NCBI GenBank assembly: GCA_048882325.1
Contig: JBHLRS010000017.1
Location: 162 to 64,161 of the forward strand
DNA: 64,000 nt
DNA from: Candidatus Thorarchaeota archaeon
Lineage (GTDB): Archaea; Asgardarchaeota; Thorarchaeia; Thorarchaeales; Thorarchaeaceae
Direction: 5' to 3'
The first letter of the stretch is position 1; each line of letters starts with the position of its first letter. Shown here piece after piece: positions 27,681 to 37,711 of this stretch. A model generated the notes under the pieces. The model was given only the letters and a program-made list of their open reading frames with translations. It had not been told where the DNA came from and made no database searches. The translations under genes and the position numbers were made by a program.

Positions 27681-28460
27681 GTGAAGGTGTTCGAATCTCT
27701 GAATTTCAATGAAGAGGAATTAACCAGGTTTCTGGAGGAAAAGGCAAAATCACATGGCTTACTGAGCAGGTCCAAAACTGAGAATCTGGAGTACGTGGAT
27801 ATTGTCCATCGACCTTTCACAAAGGTAACATTGAATCTTGAAAGCCTAAAAGGCTCAGAACAGTACACCTCCATTTCCTACATAGATGAATGGATGTCAT
27901 CAGTAGTAAGTGAAAGAGACCATAGGCTTTTGCTTTGGAGACCTCGTTACGCAAACCTAATGGTGCTAGATAGAGAAGAAGTCAAACAAGAATCGCATGA
28001 TGATGCTTCAGTGGAAGCAATTCAAAGCATCATTGATGAACTGATACTTTATCGTTGGAACGGACAGGAGCTAGATGATGAACTAGTGCCTAAATTACGG
28101 TCACTACAAGCGGATCCTCTATCAGTCATTGCTCTGATAGTTCCACGTTCACCATTCGGTTTGAAGCGTGAAGAAAAGCTAATTCAGGAGCGAAAGGAGC
28201 TTCATTCATTTGTCTTTGCATCATCTCTCATGACTAACTGCTCACCAAAGGACATCATAGTTTCATCAGTGATTGGTGATTCGGTTTCAGTGAAAACAGT
28301 GGTAGCACGATATCGCAATGTTTCAACTGACGAGGTAAGGCTCTCTTTCCTGGAGCTGTCAGGTGCGAGCTCACTCTCAGATGCACAAAAACAGGGAGGT
28401 GCTCTTTCTCGTGCATGTCAGTTATATGATTGCTATGAGTTCGGATTCAAATTTACTTGA
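27681..28460 (+). CDS. hypothetical protein
   Basis: GTG start. 259 aa, soluble. No recognisable motif. Confidence 0.4.
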   Translation: MKVFESLNFNEEELTRFLEEKAKSHGLLSRSKTENLEYVDIVHRPFTKVTLNLESLKGSEQYTSISYIDEWMSSVVSERDHRLLLWRPRYANLMVLDREEVKQESHDDASVEAIQSIIDELILYRWNGQELDDELVPKLRSLQADPLSVIALIVPRSPFGLKREEKLIQERKELHSFVFASSLMTNCSPKDIIVSSVIGDSVSVKTVVARYRNVSTDEVRLSFLELSGASSLSDAQKQGGALSRACQLYDCYEFGFKFT

Positions 28461-28630
28461 AATAATCAACACATTTTAAGTGACTACGTAAAAGGAACCT
28501 TGTTGGATACTGAATTCGAAATCCTTAAACCATCCAATGGATATCTCTTTTGCTACTAGGAGTAGGTACCGGCTTGGTTGATTATTTACTGACTAAGTGG
28601 AGGTACTTTATACTTAGGAGGAAAGAATGA

Positions 28631-30376
28631 ATGAATAAGAAACGGAGAGGTAGCTGTCTAGTTTTAGCTTTACTCCTTGTCTTTCCAATAATGGGCGTTG
28701 TTCCGAAGGCTCTTGCTCAGGATGAAGTGATGTCATTTGTTATGGCATACCCTTCAGACATCGGTGAGCAGAACCCGATTTTTGCCCGGAGCGCACGTTC
28801 AACATGGTATGACATGCTAATCTATGACACGCTTATCTCATTCGATGAAAATTTCGACATGATTCCGTGGTTATGCGAAAGTTGGGATGTATCTTCTGAT
28901 GGTCTCACAGTTACCTTCACAATTAGAGAAGGTGCAGTGTGGCATGATGGCACTCCACTAACACCGGAGGATATCAAGTTCACATTCGAACATCACAAGA
29001 ATGCTCCAGCAGATGCAAACTATTGGTCAATGCTACAACACACCACATCAATCACCGTAGTAGGAAATGATGTAGAAGTGGTCTTCGATCAAGTGTATTC
29101 ATTTGCTGTACAGAATCTTGGTATGATCTATATCTTACCAAAGCACATTCGTGAAGGTTTTCCAGCAGATGATCCAGTGTGGGATGACGCCACCAATGCG
29201 ACAGCTCATATCGGTTCAGGACCATTCAAATTCGTTTCAAGAGTTCCAGATGAGTATATTCAGATGGAGAGAAATGATGATTGGTGGGGTCCAACCAACC
29301 CGAACATCGGTCAATTACCAAACATCGAAGATCTTCGAATTGATGTTGTGCTTGGTCAGGATGCTCGTATCCTTGCCATGAGGCAAGGGACTGCAGACAC
29401 TGAGCGCTACGAAGTCTTTGGTGCATATGTCTCAACAATTCTCAACTCACCAGAGCTTCAACTCGTCACTGGCGTTCCATCACAGTGGGACTATGTGATT
29501 GGTTTCAATACAACTGTCGCACCATTCGATGATCAGGATGTCCGTGATGCCATTGCATATGCGATTGACCGCCAAGAGTTGGTGAACATTGGCAGACTCG
29601 GGTTTGGTACTATGACAAACAGTACCATTCCATACGAATTCTTCCCAGGATTCTACTCTTCAAATGGAGCATTCCCAGAGCAGAATATCACTATGGCAAA
29701 TGAGATCCTTGATAATGCAGGATACACTGCAATGACCGGCGACTTCCGTAACGGTCTTGAGTTTGACCTATGGGTTCTCTCATGGGACGACATCAGCGTC
29801 GCGACAGGCACTGGTCTCAAGGTTCAGCTTGCTGAGATTGGAATTGATTGCAATGTAATAGTCACTGACGACGGTCCTATGTACGAGGGAATCTATCAAG
29901 AACCCCGTGCATTCATTTCGTACGAGATGAGTCATGGATACTCACCTGTACCGGACCATGTATGGTGGAGAGCCCACAGTGACAACATAGTCGACTGGGG
30001 TGACAACTGTTATGGCATCAACATAACTACAGTTGATCAGCACCTCGATGAGTTCATGGCAGCTACTCCTGCTAATCTCGCAGCAGCTGCTGAACAGGTC
30101 CAGGTTGATCTTCTTCAGTACAAGCCATACATACCACTCTTCCTGTCAGACGACACCCATGCCATGAGGGCTGAATGGGTCAACTACACCAAACCGCCTG
30201 GTGGACCCTTCACAAACTTCAACCCTCAAACAATGGTGTTCATGTACGACTCCTCATTTGGTGGTCCAACAACTCCACCACCGGGAGGCCCGGACCTGGT
30301 GCTTATAATTGGTATCGGTGCAGGTGCATTGCTACTAGGTGTTGTAGTGACATTCTTCATAATGCGAAGGAAATAG
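28631..30376 (+). CDS. ABC transporter substrate-binding protein, family 5, with N-terminal signal/anchor and C-terminal TM anchor
   Basis: GGAGG RBS upstream. N-terminal signal-like helix, SBP-5-like body, Pro/Gly-rich linker (TTPPPGGPDL), then a C-terminal hydrophobic helix plus KK stop-transfer (LLLGVVVTFFIMRRK). This resembles archaeal C-terminal anchoring. Confidence 0.8.
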   Translation: MNKKRRGSCLVLALLLVFPIMGVVPKALAQDEVMSFVMAYPSDIGEQNPIFARSARSTWYDMLIYDTLISFDENFDMIPWLCESWDVSSDGLTVTFTIREGAVWHDGTPLTPEDIKFTFEHHKNAPADANYWSMLQHTTSITVVGNDVEVVFDQVYSFAVQNLGMIYILPKHIREGFPADDPVWDDATNATAHIGSGPFKFVSRVPDEYIQMERNDDWWGPTNPNIGQLPNIEDLRIDVVLGQDARILAMRQGTADTERYEVFGAYVSTILNSPELQLVTGVPSQWDYVIGFNTTVAPFDDQDVRDAIAYAIDRQELVNIGRLGFGTMTNSTIPYEFFPGFYSSNGAFPEQNITMANEILDNAGYTAMTGDFRNGLEFDLWVLSWDDISVATGTGLKVQLAEIGIDCNVIVTDDGPMYEGIYQEPRAFISYEMSHGYSPVPDHVWWRAHSDNIVDWGDNCYGINITTVDQHLDEFMAATPANLAAAAEQVQVDLLQYKPYIPLFLSDDTHAMRAEWVNYTKPPGGPFTNFNPQTMVFMYDSSFGGPTTPPPGGPDLVLIIGIGAGALLLGVVVTFFIMRRK

Positions 30377-30389
30377 TAACACAAAATTA

Positions 30390-30426
30390 GGGACCATTTA
30401 TGGTCCCACACTCTTTTCTTTTTTAT
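30390..30426 (+). terminator. hairpin plus T-tract after SBP gene (terminator/attenuator)
   Basis: GGGACCA-TTTA-TGGTCCC perfect 7-bp stem, followed by CACTCTTTTCTTTTTTATA. Confidence 0.5.
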
Positions 30427-30489
30427 ACGCTGTCCGATATGCTTTAAGGGGGAGGTGCCAATCATTGATGGTTAAAGGAGACATGGATA

Positions 30490-31482
30490 ATGGCAACAAG
30501 AAGATCAATAGGAACTTGGAGATATCTTGGCCAGAGGTTCTTGCAGACTATGGTCGTCTGGTTTGCAATTATCACACTCAATTTCATAATCTTTCGAGTA
30601 ATGCCAGGAGATCCAAGACAGGCATTGATAGGAGAGGGAATGTCTCCTGAGCTTAGACTTGCAGTCATAGAGAGATTTGGTCTAGACAAACCTCTTTTTG
30701 AACAGTATGTGTTGTATATAGTCAATCTTTTCCGTGGTGACCTTGGTTTTTCGTTCTCTCATTTTGGTGAGCCTGTGTGGGTGACTATCTTTGGGTATAG
30801 ATTCACAAACACGTTTGTATTGATGGGAGCATCGCTTTTAGCATCAATTATTGTGGGAATGTTCTTTGGGGTTCTTGCTGCGGCTCGCCGAGACACAGCT
30901 GTTGACACTGGATCAACCGTGGTTTTCTTAGTTGCCTATGCTATGCCAGTCTTTTGGATTGGAATGCTCATTCTCTACTATCTTGGTTTTGTGTGGGGGG
31001 TCATTCCTCTGGCTGGAACAATAACAAGAGGATATGTGCATTTGAACTTCTTAGACTTCATTCGCGACTACCTACATCACATGCTAGGACCTTGGATTGT
31101 TCTTACTTTGTCATTTATCGGAGGTTTCTACCTTATCATGCGAGACACGGTTCTTGACATATTTACTCAGGACTACATCCTCGCAGCGAAAGCAAAGGGT
31201 CTCAAGGAACGGACTATCCTTTATGGACATGCGATGCGGAATGCAATGCTTCCAATGGTTAGTGTAATCGCCGTCAACCTCCCCTATTTGATCAGTGGAG
31301 CTATGATGACTGAATTTGTATTCAGCTGGAGTGGTTTGGGACTGCTTACTTATCATTCAGTACTTTCAGTGGACTACCCAGTCCTGCAAGGAGTCTTCCT
31401 CTTTCTAGCAACGATCACTGTATTTTCGAATTATGCAGCAGACGTTCTCTACCTATACTTAGATCCAAGAATTAGATACTAG
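30490..31482 (+). CDS. oligopeptide ABC transporter permease (OppB-like)
   Basis: 330 aa, 6 transmembrane helices. AAKAKGLKERTILYGHAMRNA permease signature region. Confidence 0.85.
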   Translation: MATRRSIGTWRYLGQRFLQTMVVWFAIITLNFIIFRVMPGDPRQALIGEGMSPELRLAVIERFGLDKPLFEQYVLYIVNLFRGDLGFSFSHFGEPVWVTIFGYRFTNTFVLMGASLLASIIVGMFFGVLAAARRDTAVDTGSTVVFLVAYAMPVFWIGMLILYYLGFVWGVIPLAGTITRGYVHLNFLDFIRDYLHHMLGPWIVLTLSFIGGFYLIMRDTVLDIFTQDYILAAKAKGLKERTILYGHAMRNAMLPMVSVIAVNLPYLISGAMMTEFVFSWSGLGLLTYHSVLSVDYPVLQGVFLFLATITVFSNYAADVLYLYLDPRIRY

Positions 31483-31493
31483 GAGGCAATGAC

Positions 31494-33014
31494 TTGACAC
31501 TTACCCAATCCGACACAGCAGTTGTAATGGAAAAAGAGAAGAAACCATTACATGTTTTGATAGTTTCAAACGGAGCAGCTCTTCTTCTGACTATTGTTCT
31601 GCTGGTCATAATAGATCTGATTGCAGGCACTCTCGGGGGATGGATTGCTACAGCACACGCAAGCTTATCTGAAGAATTGGTAGAGGCATTCGTCATTGGA
31701 GTTCGTCTCATTCTGTTTATCACACTAATTATCTCAGCGTGGTTTGGAGTGCTAGGGGAAAAACTCTATGTCCATCGTGCGGGTTACATTGTTCAGAGAG
31801 TCCTGTACGCAACCATATGCCTTCTTCTGATGTTCACGATAGGTTTTGGTATCGGCCTGATAATTACATTTATTGTATTCTTCTGGGCACCAAAGGCAAT
31901 GGCTAACTGGAAGAATCTTTGGTTGACCATCTATCGCTCTATATTCTTGGCAGTGGTATTTGTCATACTGATTCTTGAGGCTCGATGGCTTTCTGAATTG
32001 AACATCTTTCTTCGTACTGATTATCTACTCGCCCCATTGTCAGTTCAGTTTGCACAAGGAGGTCTTGCCTGGGTGTCACTCATCTCTATGTTTCTAGTAA
32101 TTCCTCTGGCTTTGCTACTTCCAAATGTGATATTGAAACTTTGGGACCTCAGACCCAACATAGAGTCATTTTGGAGAGAGTTTCTGTATCACCCAATGGG
32201 AATGATAGGATTAGTCATTATATCTGGAATCATCCTCATGGCGGTATGTGCTCCTATCATTGCACCATACCACTGGGGAGATGGCTCACTGCAGATTGAG
32301 GACCTTCTCCAACCACCCAGTCCTGAACACATTCTTGGAACAAATCATAACGGAGAAGACCTCTTCAGTAGGCTGATTTATGGTTCACAGATTTCACTGA
32401 TCGTTGGCTTTGCTGCAAGTATCACAGCTGTCATTATTGGTACTTCTGTCGGTTTGATTTCTGGATATTATGGGGGATACATTGATACAATCCTCATGAG
32501 AATCACAGACCTGTTTCTCTGCCTACCAACACTGCCATTGATGCTCATATTCCTAGTCCTCTTTGGGCAGGGGCTGCAAAACGTGATTATCGTGATTGCA
32601 ATACTAGGATGGACAGGGACAGCAAGGATGGTTCGAAGTGAAGCACTCTCTTTGAGAGAAAGGCCATTAACTGAAGCAGCACATGCACTTGGCGCAAGCG
32701 ACAACTACATTCTTTTCAAGCACATCATGCCAAACACACTTCCACTTATTCTCGCAAACATGATTCTTGGAGTTGTCAATGCAATTCTAAGTGAGGCAGG
32801 GATTGCCTTCCTTGGATTTGTGGACATACATGGGCAACCAAGCTGGGGAATCATCCTTCACTGGGCATGGAAAAATGCAGTACTGCTGACAAACGCCTGG
32901 TGGTGGTTTGTACCGCCTGGTCTTTTGATCATGCTAACCACACTTGGCTTTGTCTTTGTGAGTCATACAGCCGATAAAGTCGTGAATCCAAGATTGAGAG
33001 GAAGGAGGGGGTAA
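31494..33014 (+). CDS. oligopeptide ABC transporter permease (OppC-like) with about 225-aa N-terminal polytopic extension
   Basis: 506 aa. The canonical OppC start (PIIAPYHWGDG) is preceded by about 6 additional transmembrane helices. Confidence 0.8.
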   Translation: MTLTQSDTAVVMEKEKKPLHVLIVSNGAALLLTIVLLVIIDLIAGTLGGWIATAHASLSEELVEAFVIGVRLILFITLIISAWFGVLGEKLYVHRAGYIVQRVLYATICLLLMFTIGFGIGLIITFIVFFWAPKAMANWKNLWLTIYRSIFLAVVFVILILEARWLSELNIFLRTDYLLAPLSVQFAQGGLAWVSLISMFLVIPLALLLPNVILKLWDLRPNIESFWREFLYHPMGMIGLVIISGIILMAVCAPIIAPYHWGDGSLQIEDLLQPPSPEHILGTNHNGEDLFSRLIYGSQISLIVGFAASITAVIIGTSVGLISGYYGGYIDTILMRITDLFLCLPTLPLMLIFLVLFGQGLQNVIIVIAILGWTGTARMVRSEALSLRERPLTEAAHALGASDNYILFKHIMPNTLPLILANMILGVVNAILSEAGIAFLGFVDIHGQPSWGIILHWAWKNAVLLTNAWWWFVPPGLLIMLTTLGFVFVSHTADKVVNPRLRGRRG

Positions 33015-33015
33015 T

Positions 33016-33999
33016 TTGGCAGTCTTGGAAGTCAGAGATTTAGCAACATATTACTATCTTGGAAGCAAAGAACTCAAGGCTGTTGATGGAGTTAGTTTCG
33101 ACATTGAAGCAAAACGAACCTTGGGCTTGGCAGGTGAGTCAGGATGTGGAAAAACAACCACTGCATATAGCATTCTTCGAATACTAGCAGAAAACGGGAG
33201 GATTACTAGAGGGAGTGTGAAACTTGGAGGCACTGAGCTCACAGAACTCAGTAACGAAGAAATGCGGAAAATTCGATGGAAGAAAGCGTCAATCGTGTTT
33301 CAATATGCAATGAACGCATTCAATCCAGTGCTTCGAATTGGAAACCAGATTGTTGAGGTTATTCAAGAGAAAGACAATGTATCTGAAGAAGAAGCATACC
33401 TGATTGTGTCCACCTTATTTGATGAAGTGGGTCTTAAGCCTGAAAGACAAAAAGAGTATCCGCATGAATTCTCTGGGGGCATGTTGCAGCGAGCCATTAT
33501 TGCACAAGCTTTAGCTTGTGACCCACAGCTAATCATCGCAGATGAACCGGTAACAGCACTGGATGTCATTGTGCAAAACAAGATCCTCGATCTCCTCAGA
33601 AAACTGCAAGACAAATACAGTCTTGCTGTTCTCTTCATCACTCATGACCTCTCAGTTGTAGCCGAGAATTGTCACGATGTCGGAATAATGTATGCAGGAA
33701 ATCTAGTTGAAGTTGGTGATGCTGCTGCAGTTTTCAAGAGGAGCCTACACCCATATTCCTACAAATTAATCGGAGCATTTCCAAGTGTTATTGGACCGAA
33801 GAAGCGACTCGAATTCATTCCCGGGACACCTCCGAATCTCCTCAATCTTCCAACAGGATGTCGGTTCCATCCTAGGTGTCCATTTGCGAAGAGTATCTGT
33901 AAAGACACAGTGCCAGAGTTTCGAGAGATTGAGTCGGGACACTATGCAATGTGCCATTTTGCAGGAGAACTGGATTTTTCATCGGGAGGTGAGCAATAG
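33016..33999 (+). CDS. oligopeptide ABC transporter ATP-binding protein (OppD-like)
   Basis: TTG start with GGAGGGGG upstream. Walker [10 protein letters not shown], signature FSGGMLQR, Walker B LIIADEPVTALD, C-terminal CRFHPRCP. Confidence 0.9.
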   Translation: MAVLEVRDLATYYYLGSKELKAVDGVSFDIEAKRTLGLAGESGCGKTTTAYSILRILAENGRITRGSVKLGGTELTELSNEEMRKIRWKKASIVFQYAMNAFNPVLRIGNQIVEVIQEKDNVSEEEAYLIVSTLFDEVGLKPERQKEYPHEFSGGMLQRAIIAQALACDPQLIIADEPVTALDVIVQNKILDLLRKLQDKYSLAVLFITHDLSVVAENCHDVGIMYAGNLVEVGDAAAVFKRSLHPYSYKLIGAFPSVIGPKKRLEFIPGTPPNLLNLPTGCRFHPRCPFAKSICKDTVPEFREIESGHYAMCHFAGELDFSSGGEQ

Positions 34000-35024
34000 T
34001 GGCATCTGATGCAATTCTTGAGGTTGAGAATGTCAGGAAGTGGTTCCCAGTTCGAGCAAGTTTGATAGGAGACATGACACGATGGGCTAAGAGGCGTCTT
34101 GGAAGAGAAGTGGGAGAAGAACGATGGGTAAAGGCAGTTGATGATGTCAGCTTCAGTGTTGAGCGCGGTGGAGCGATAGCAATCGCAGGAGAAAGTGGAT
34201 GCGGAAAAACTACTCTAGCAAGAACTTTACTTCGATTGGTTGAGCCAACTGGAGGCGCTGTATATTATAATGGTGAGAACATCTTCGACATGAATAGGCT
34301 AGAACTGAGTGAGTTGAGACTTCAGATGCAACTCATTTTCCAGAATCCTTTCGAGGTTCTGGACCCAAGACACACGGTGAAAGATTTGGTTGGCGAAGGT
34401 CTTACCATTCACCGTTTGGTGGAGAGTGATGAAGTCTTGCATGACAAAATCATGGGAGCACTAGAAGATGTCCGTTTGATACCAGCGGAGGACTTTGCGA
34501 CTAGATACACTCATGAACTGTCAGGTGGACAACTCCAGAGGATTGCCATAGCAAGGTCTCTAATTCTTGAACCTAGACTCATTATTGCTGATGAACCGGT
34601 CTCCATGTTAGATGCTAGCATTCGAACTGAAGTCATGAACCTGATGACAGACCTTCAGCAGAGAAAGAGTCTAACGTACATCTTTATCACGCATGACCTT
34701 GCTCAGGCGAGATACATTGGAAACTACCTCATTATCATGTACCTTGGACGTATTGCTGAAATGGGTCCTATGGAGGATATAATACAGAATCCGCAACATC
34801 CATACACAAAGGCTCTGGTCTCAAATATACCAATTCCAGACCCTACAATTGAGAGAGAGAGAATCATGCTAGAGGGTGAGACTCCAACACCGATTGACTT
34901 GCCACCAGGTTGCAGATTCAAACCACGATGCCAAGAGTTTGGAGTTCACTGTAAACCTGAGGAACCTCAATTGCACGAGGTTGCGCCTGGTCATTGGGTT
35001 GCTTGTTACTTCCCAGATATGTAA
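33999..35024 (+). CDS. oligopeptide ABC transporter ATP-binding protein (OppF-like)
   Basis: Walker [10 protein letters not shown], signature LSGGQLQR, Walker B LIIADEPVSMLD, C-terminal CRFKPRCQ. Confidence 0.9.
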   Translation: MASDAILEVENVRKWFPVRASLIGDMTRWAKRRLGREVGEERWVKAVDDVSFSVERGGAIAIAGESGCGKTTLARTLLRLVEPTGGAVYYNGENIFDMNRLELSELRLQMQLIFQNPFEVLDPRHTVKDLVGEGLTIHRLVESDEVLHDKIMGALEDVRLIPAEDFATRYTHELSGGQLQRIAIARSLILEPRLIIADEPVSMLDASIRTEVMNLMTDLQQRKSLTYIFITHDLAQARYIGNYLIIMYLGRIAEMGPMEDIIQNPQHPYTKALVSNIPIPDPTIERERIMLEGETPTPIDLPPGCRFKPRCQEFGVHCKPEEPQLHEVAPGHWVACYFPDM

Positions 35025-35040
35025 AAAGAAAAATCATCTT

Positions 35041-35079
35041 CTGGAGGATAAATGACCTCCAGAAGAATTCTATTTTTTG
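35041..35079. terminator. bidirectional terminator hairpin with T6 tract
   Basis: CTGGAGG-ATAAATGA-CCTCCAG perfect stem, followed by TTTTTT at 35073-35078. Lies between the convergent oppF-like gene and the small minus-strand gene. Confidence 0.55.
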
Positions 35080-35081
35080 AC

Positions 35082-35234
35082 TCACAGTTCAGCTGGTCTA
35101 CAAAGGTAGTCTTTGCTGTTTGCAGCTCGACCGCAAACTTCGCAGATGAACTTGGCATCTTTCACACGAGACCGCATCTCGTCGACACCATGATGTTTGG
35201 CATACTCGCACATGTGTTCTTTATGATCTCCCAT
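35082..35234 (-). CDS. small Cys/His-rich protein (50 aa), putative metal-binding
   Basis: Translation MGDHKEHMCEYAKHHGVDEMRSRVKDAKFICEVCGRAANSKDYLCRPAEL. Contains 4 Cys and 5 His, including a CxxC-like motif. Under 60 aa, so absent from the ORF track. The terminator hairpin lies immediately 3' of it. Confidence 0.4.
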   Translation of the reverse strand: MGDHKEHMCEYAKHHGVDEMRSRVKDAKFICEVCGRAANSKDYLCRPAEL

Positions 35235-35294
35235 GAGAATCTCTCCTACAATAGATGCTCACGGATTTTGTAATAAGGATTCAGCAAACGGCGG

Positions 35295-36572
35295 ATGGAA
35301 TGTTTATCTTCACTCGTGAATTTACAAGAGCTGACAGAGATGCAAGAAGATTTCTCTATGAAAAGTGACTGGAGAGCTCTGAAATCAGTATACGACTCAG
35401 CATTTTTCTGTAGTCTCGGATTTTTCATTGTTAGATTTTTGATTCCCCTTATTGCGTATTCATATATGGGAGCCACTGCAACGGAGGTCGCTCTCGTATT
35501 CTCGATGTTAACTTTAGGTGCAGCTATCTTTTCTCCTGTGGCAGGACGATTCGCAAAGAGAGGAAGACGTCGCGAATCAATATTCCTCGGAGCGTTAGTT
35601 CGTGCACTAGCGTACATTGGGATGGCATCAGCTATTTGGTTCAACAACATTCTGATGTTGATTTTGAACAGTCTTATCTGGGGACTAGGAGCAGCGTTCT
35701 ATCAAGTAGGCAGTGATGCTGAGATTTCAGAACGTGTATTGGCTAAGAACCGTTCTGAGGCGTTTGGACGAAGAGCAGCATCAAATGGAAGAGGGAGTGT
35801 TATAGGTGCTTTCATCGGATTTTCAATCCTCTTCAGTTTTGATGGAAATCCAATTCCTGTCTTCGCATTCTATGCTGCTGCGAATCTAGTTGGGGGGTTG
35901 GTTGTCGTCATAACAAAGCCCCCACTGGAAATGAAGAGGGAGGTAGCACATGATGCTTTGGCTAAGACTGCTATTGGACTAGGTATTGCTGCGCTAGTTA
36001 TTGCAGCTGCTATTGACACATTCATAACCGCTCTTTTGTCACCTTTTGTTGAATTATACATTCTTGAAGTGTTCACAACAGACATCCAATTGGTCGCTTT
36101 AGTGTATCTTCCTGGAGGAATTCTTGCAGGAGTATTAGGCGGCTATATGGGAAGATTTGCAGATCATGCTAGCAAGATTGGGATTGTTTCTGGTGCAGTG
36201 ATTGTTGGTGCTGTGGCTACACTTGGATTAGTTATAATTCCAGTATTTATGGGACCGCCGTTGGATTTGATATTAGTCGCAGGACTTTTTGCCACAAGTA
36301 GTGTTACTGGAATCTTAGCTTATACAGTAATGTCATCGGTATTTGGCACAGCCTATGAGGGCAGGGCAAGTGAGGGTTTTGGTCTATTCGAGTCAGTGAT
36401 GGGATTTGCTAGGTTCTCTGCACCCCTGATTGGGGGATTACTCTGGGATTTCCTAGATCCAACAGCTCCATTCATTCTAGTTGGCTTATCTGGCTTCGTT
36501 CTTGTCCCAATCTATGCGTATGGCATGAGGAAGTATGAACAGGCAGTTCGTGAGAAAGACAGATCTGTGTGA
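35295..36572 (+). CDS. MFS transporter (12 TM)
   Basis: Polytopic protein with MFS motif-like GRFAKRGRRRESIFLG between TM2 and TM3. Confidence 0.65.
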   Translation: MECLSSLVNLQELTEMQEDFSMKSDWRALKSVYDSAFFCSLGFFIVRFLIPLIAYSYMGATATEVALVFSMLTLGAAIFSPVAGRFAKRGRRRESIFLGALVRALAYIGMASAIWFNNILMLILNSLIWGLGAAFYQVGSDAEISERVLAKNRSEAFGRRAASNGRGSVIGAFIGFSILFSFDGNPIPVFAFYAAANLVGGLVVVITKPPLEMKREVAHDALAKTAIGLGIAALVIAAAIDTFITALLSPFVELYILEVFTTDIQLVALVYLPGGILAGVLGGYMGRFADHASKIGIVSGAVIVGAVATLGLVIIPVFMGPPLDLILVAGLFATSSVTGILAYTVMSSVFGTAYEGRASEGFGLFESVMGFARFSAPLIGGLLWDFLDPTAPFILVGLSGFVLVPIYAYGMRKYEQAVREKDRSV

Positions 36573-36644
36573 ATCTATGAACAAAGATATATCAAAGCAT
36601 GAACTCTTCATCTCTTGTAGCAACACCAAAGAGGTGTCAATTAC

Positions 36645-37652
36645 ATGACAGTCCGTGTCGGAATCAATGGTTTTGGAAGGATAGGTCGTGGCTTTTTGCG
36701 AGCGGCCTTGGAAATGAAAGGATTTGACATCATTGCAGCAAATGACCTCACAAGCGAGGTCCAACTTGCGCATCTGATGAAGTATGACACAGTGATGGGA
36801 CGCTTTGATGGTACAGTAGAAGCGGGCAAAGGCAGCATCACTGTCAACGGAGATGAGATCAAGATTCTCTCTGAGAGAGACCCAGCAAAGCTCCCTTGGA
36901 AGGATTTAGGAGTAGATATCGTCATAGAGTCAACTGGACTCTTTAGAACGAGAGAGGCTGCTGACAAACACATAGCTGCTGGAGCTAGGAAGGTGATCCT
37001 CAGCGCTCCGGGCAAAGGCGGTGAGATGCTAACCGTGGTTCCAGGAGTGAATGACGGAGATTACGACCCAGTGAAGCACGATGTCATTTCAAACGCATCC
37101 TGTACGACAAACTGTCTAGCCCCAATGGTCAAAGTAGTCGACGAGGCATTCGGAATTGAAAGGGGACAGATGACAACAATTCACGCTGTGACTAATGACC
37201 AAGTCATGCTTGATGGACCTCACAAGGATATGAGGAGAGCCCGAGCAGCGTGCTGGAACATAATTCCAACATCAACAGGAGCGGCAACAGCGATTGGGCT
37301 TGTATATCCAAAAGCAGCAGGTAAGCTCGATGGAATGGCATTCCGAGTTCCGGTCATGGATGCTTCCGTGGTTGACATGAATGTCATTGTTTCAAAAGAG
37401 GCCACAGTAGAAAATGTGAATGAAGCATTCAAAAAGGCGGCCAATTCAGGAAGTCTTGCTCCTTACCTAGCATACCTTGAGGACCCATTGGTATCTTCGG
37501 ACTTTATCGGAGACCCCCATTCCTGTAGCTTTGATTCACTTCTCACAAAGACAATAGGAAACCTGGTCAAGGTCATAGGCTGGTATGATAATGAGGCTGG
37601 CTACAGTCATCGTCTAGCAGATCTTGCGAAAGTCATTGGTGACAAGCTGTAA
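36645..37652 (+). CDS. gap: glyceraldehyde-3-phosphate dehydrogenase, type I (bacterial/eukaryotic type)
   Basis: INGFGRIGR NAD-binding motif and the SNASCTTNCLAP active-site signature. 335 aa. Confidence 0.9.
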   Translation: MTVRVGINGFGRIGRGFLRAALEMKGFDIIAANDLTSEVQLAHLMKYDTVMGRFDGTVEAGKGSITVNGDEIKILSERDPAKLPWKDLGVDIVIESTGLFRTREAADKHIAAGARKVILSAPGKGGEMLTVVPGVNDGDYDPVKHDVISNASCTTNCLAPMVKVVDEAFGIERGQMTTIHAVTNDQVMLDGPHKDMRRARAACWNIIPTSTGAATAIGLVYPKAAGKLDGMAFRVPVMDASVVDMNVIVSKEATVENVNEAFKKAANSGSLAPYLAYLEDPLVSSDFIGDPHSCSFDSLLTKTIGNLVKVIGWYDNEAGYSHRLADLAKVIGDKL

Positions 37653-37711
37653 TTCTCGATGAGTTCCTCATATGGGGAACTCGTCCATCACTTTCTAAGG
37701 AGCAATCACTG

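Noticed and set aside
35246-35650. 134-aa minus-strand ORF
   Set aside because: It lies antisense within the 5' part of the MFS transporter gene, which has consistent TM periodicity. No motifs. Likely spurious.
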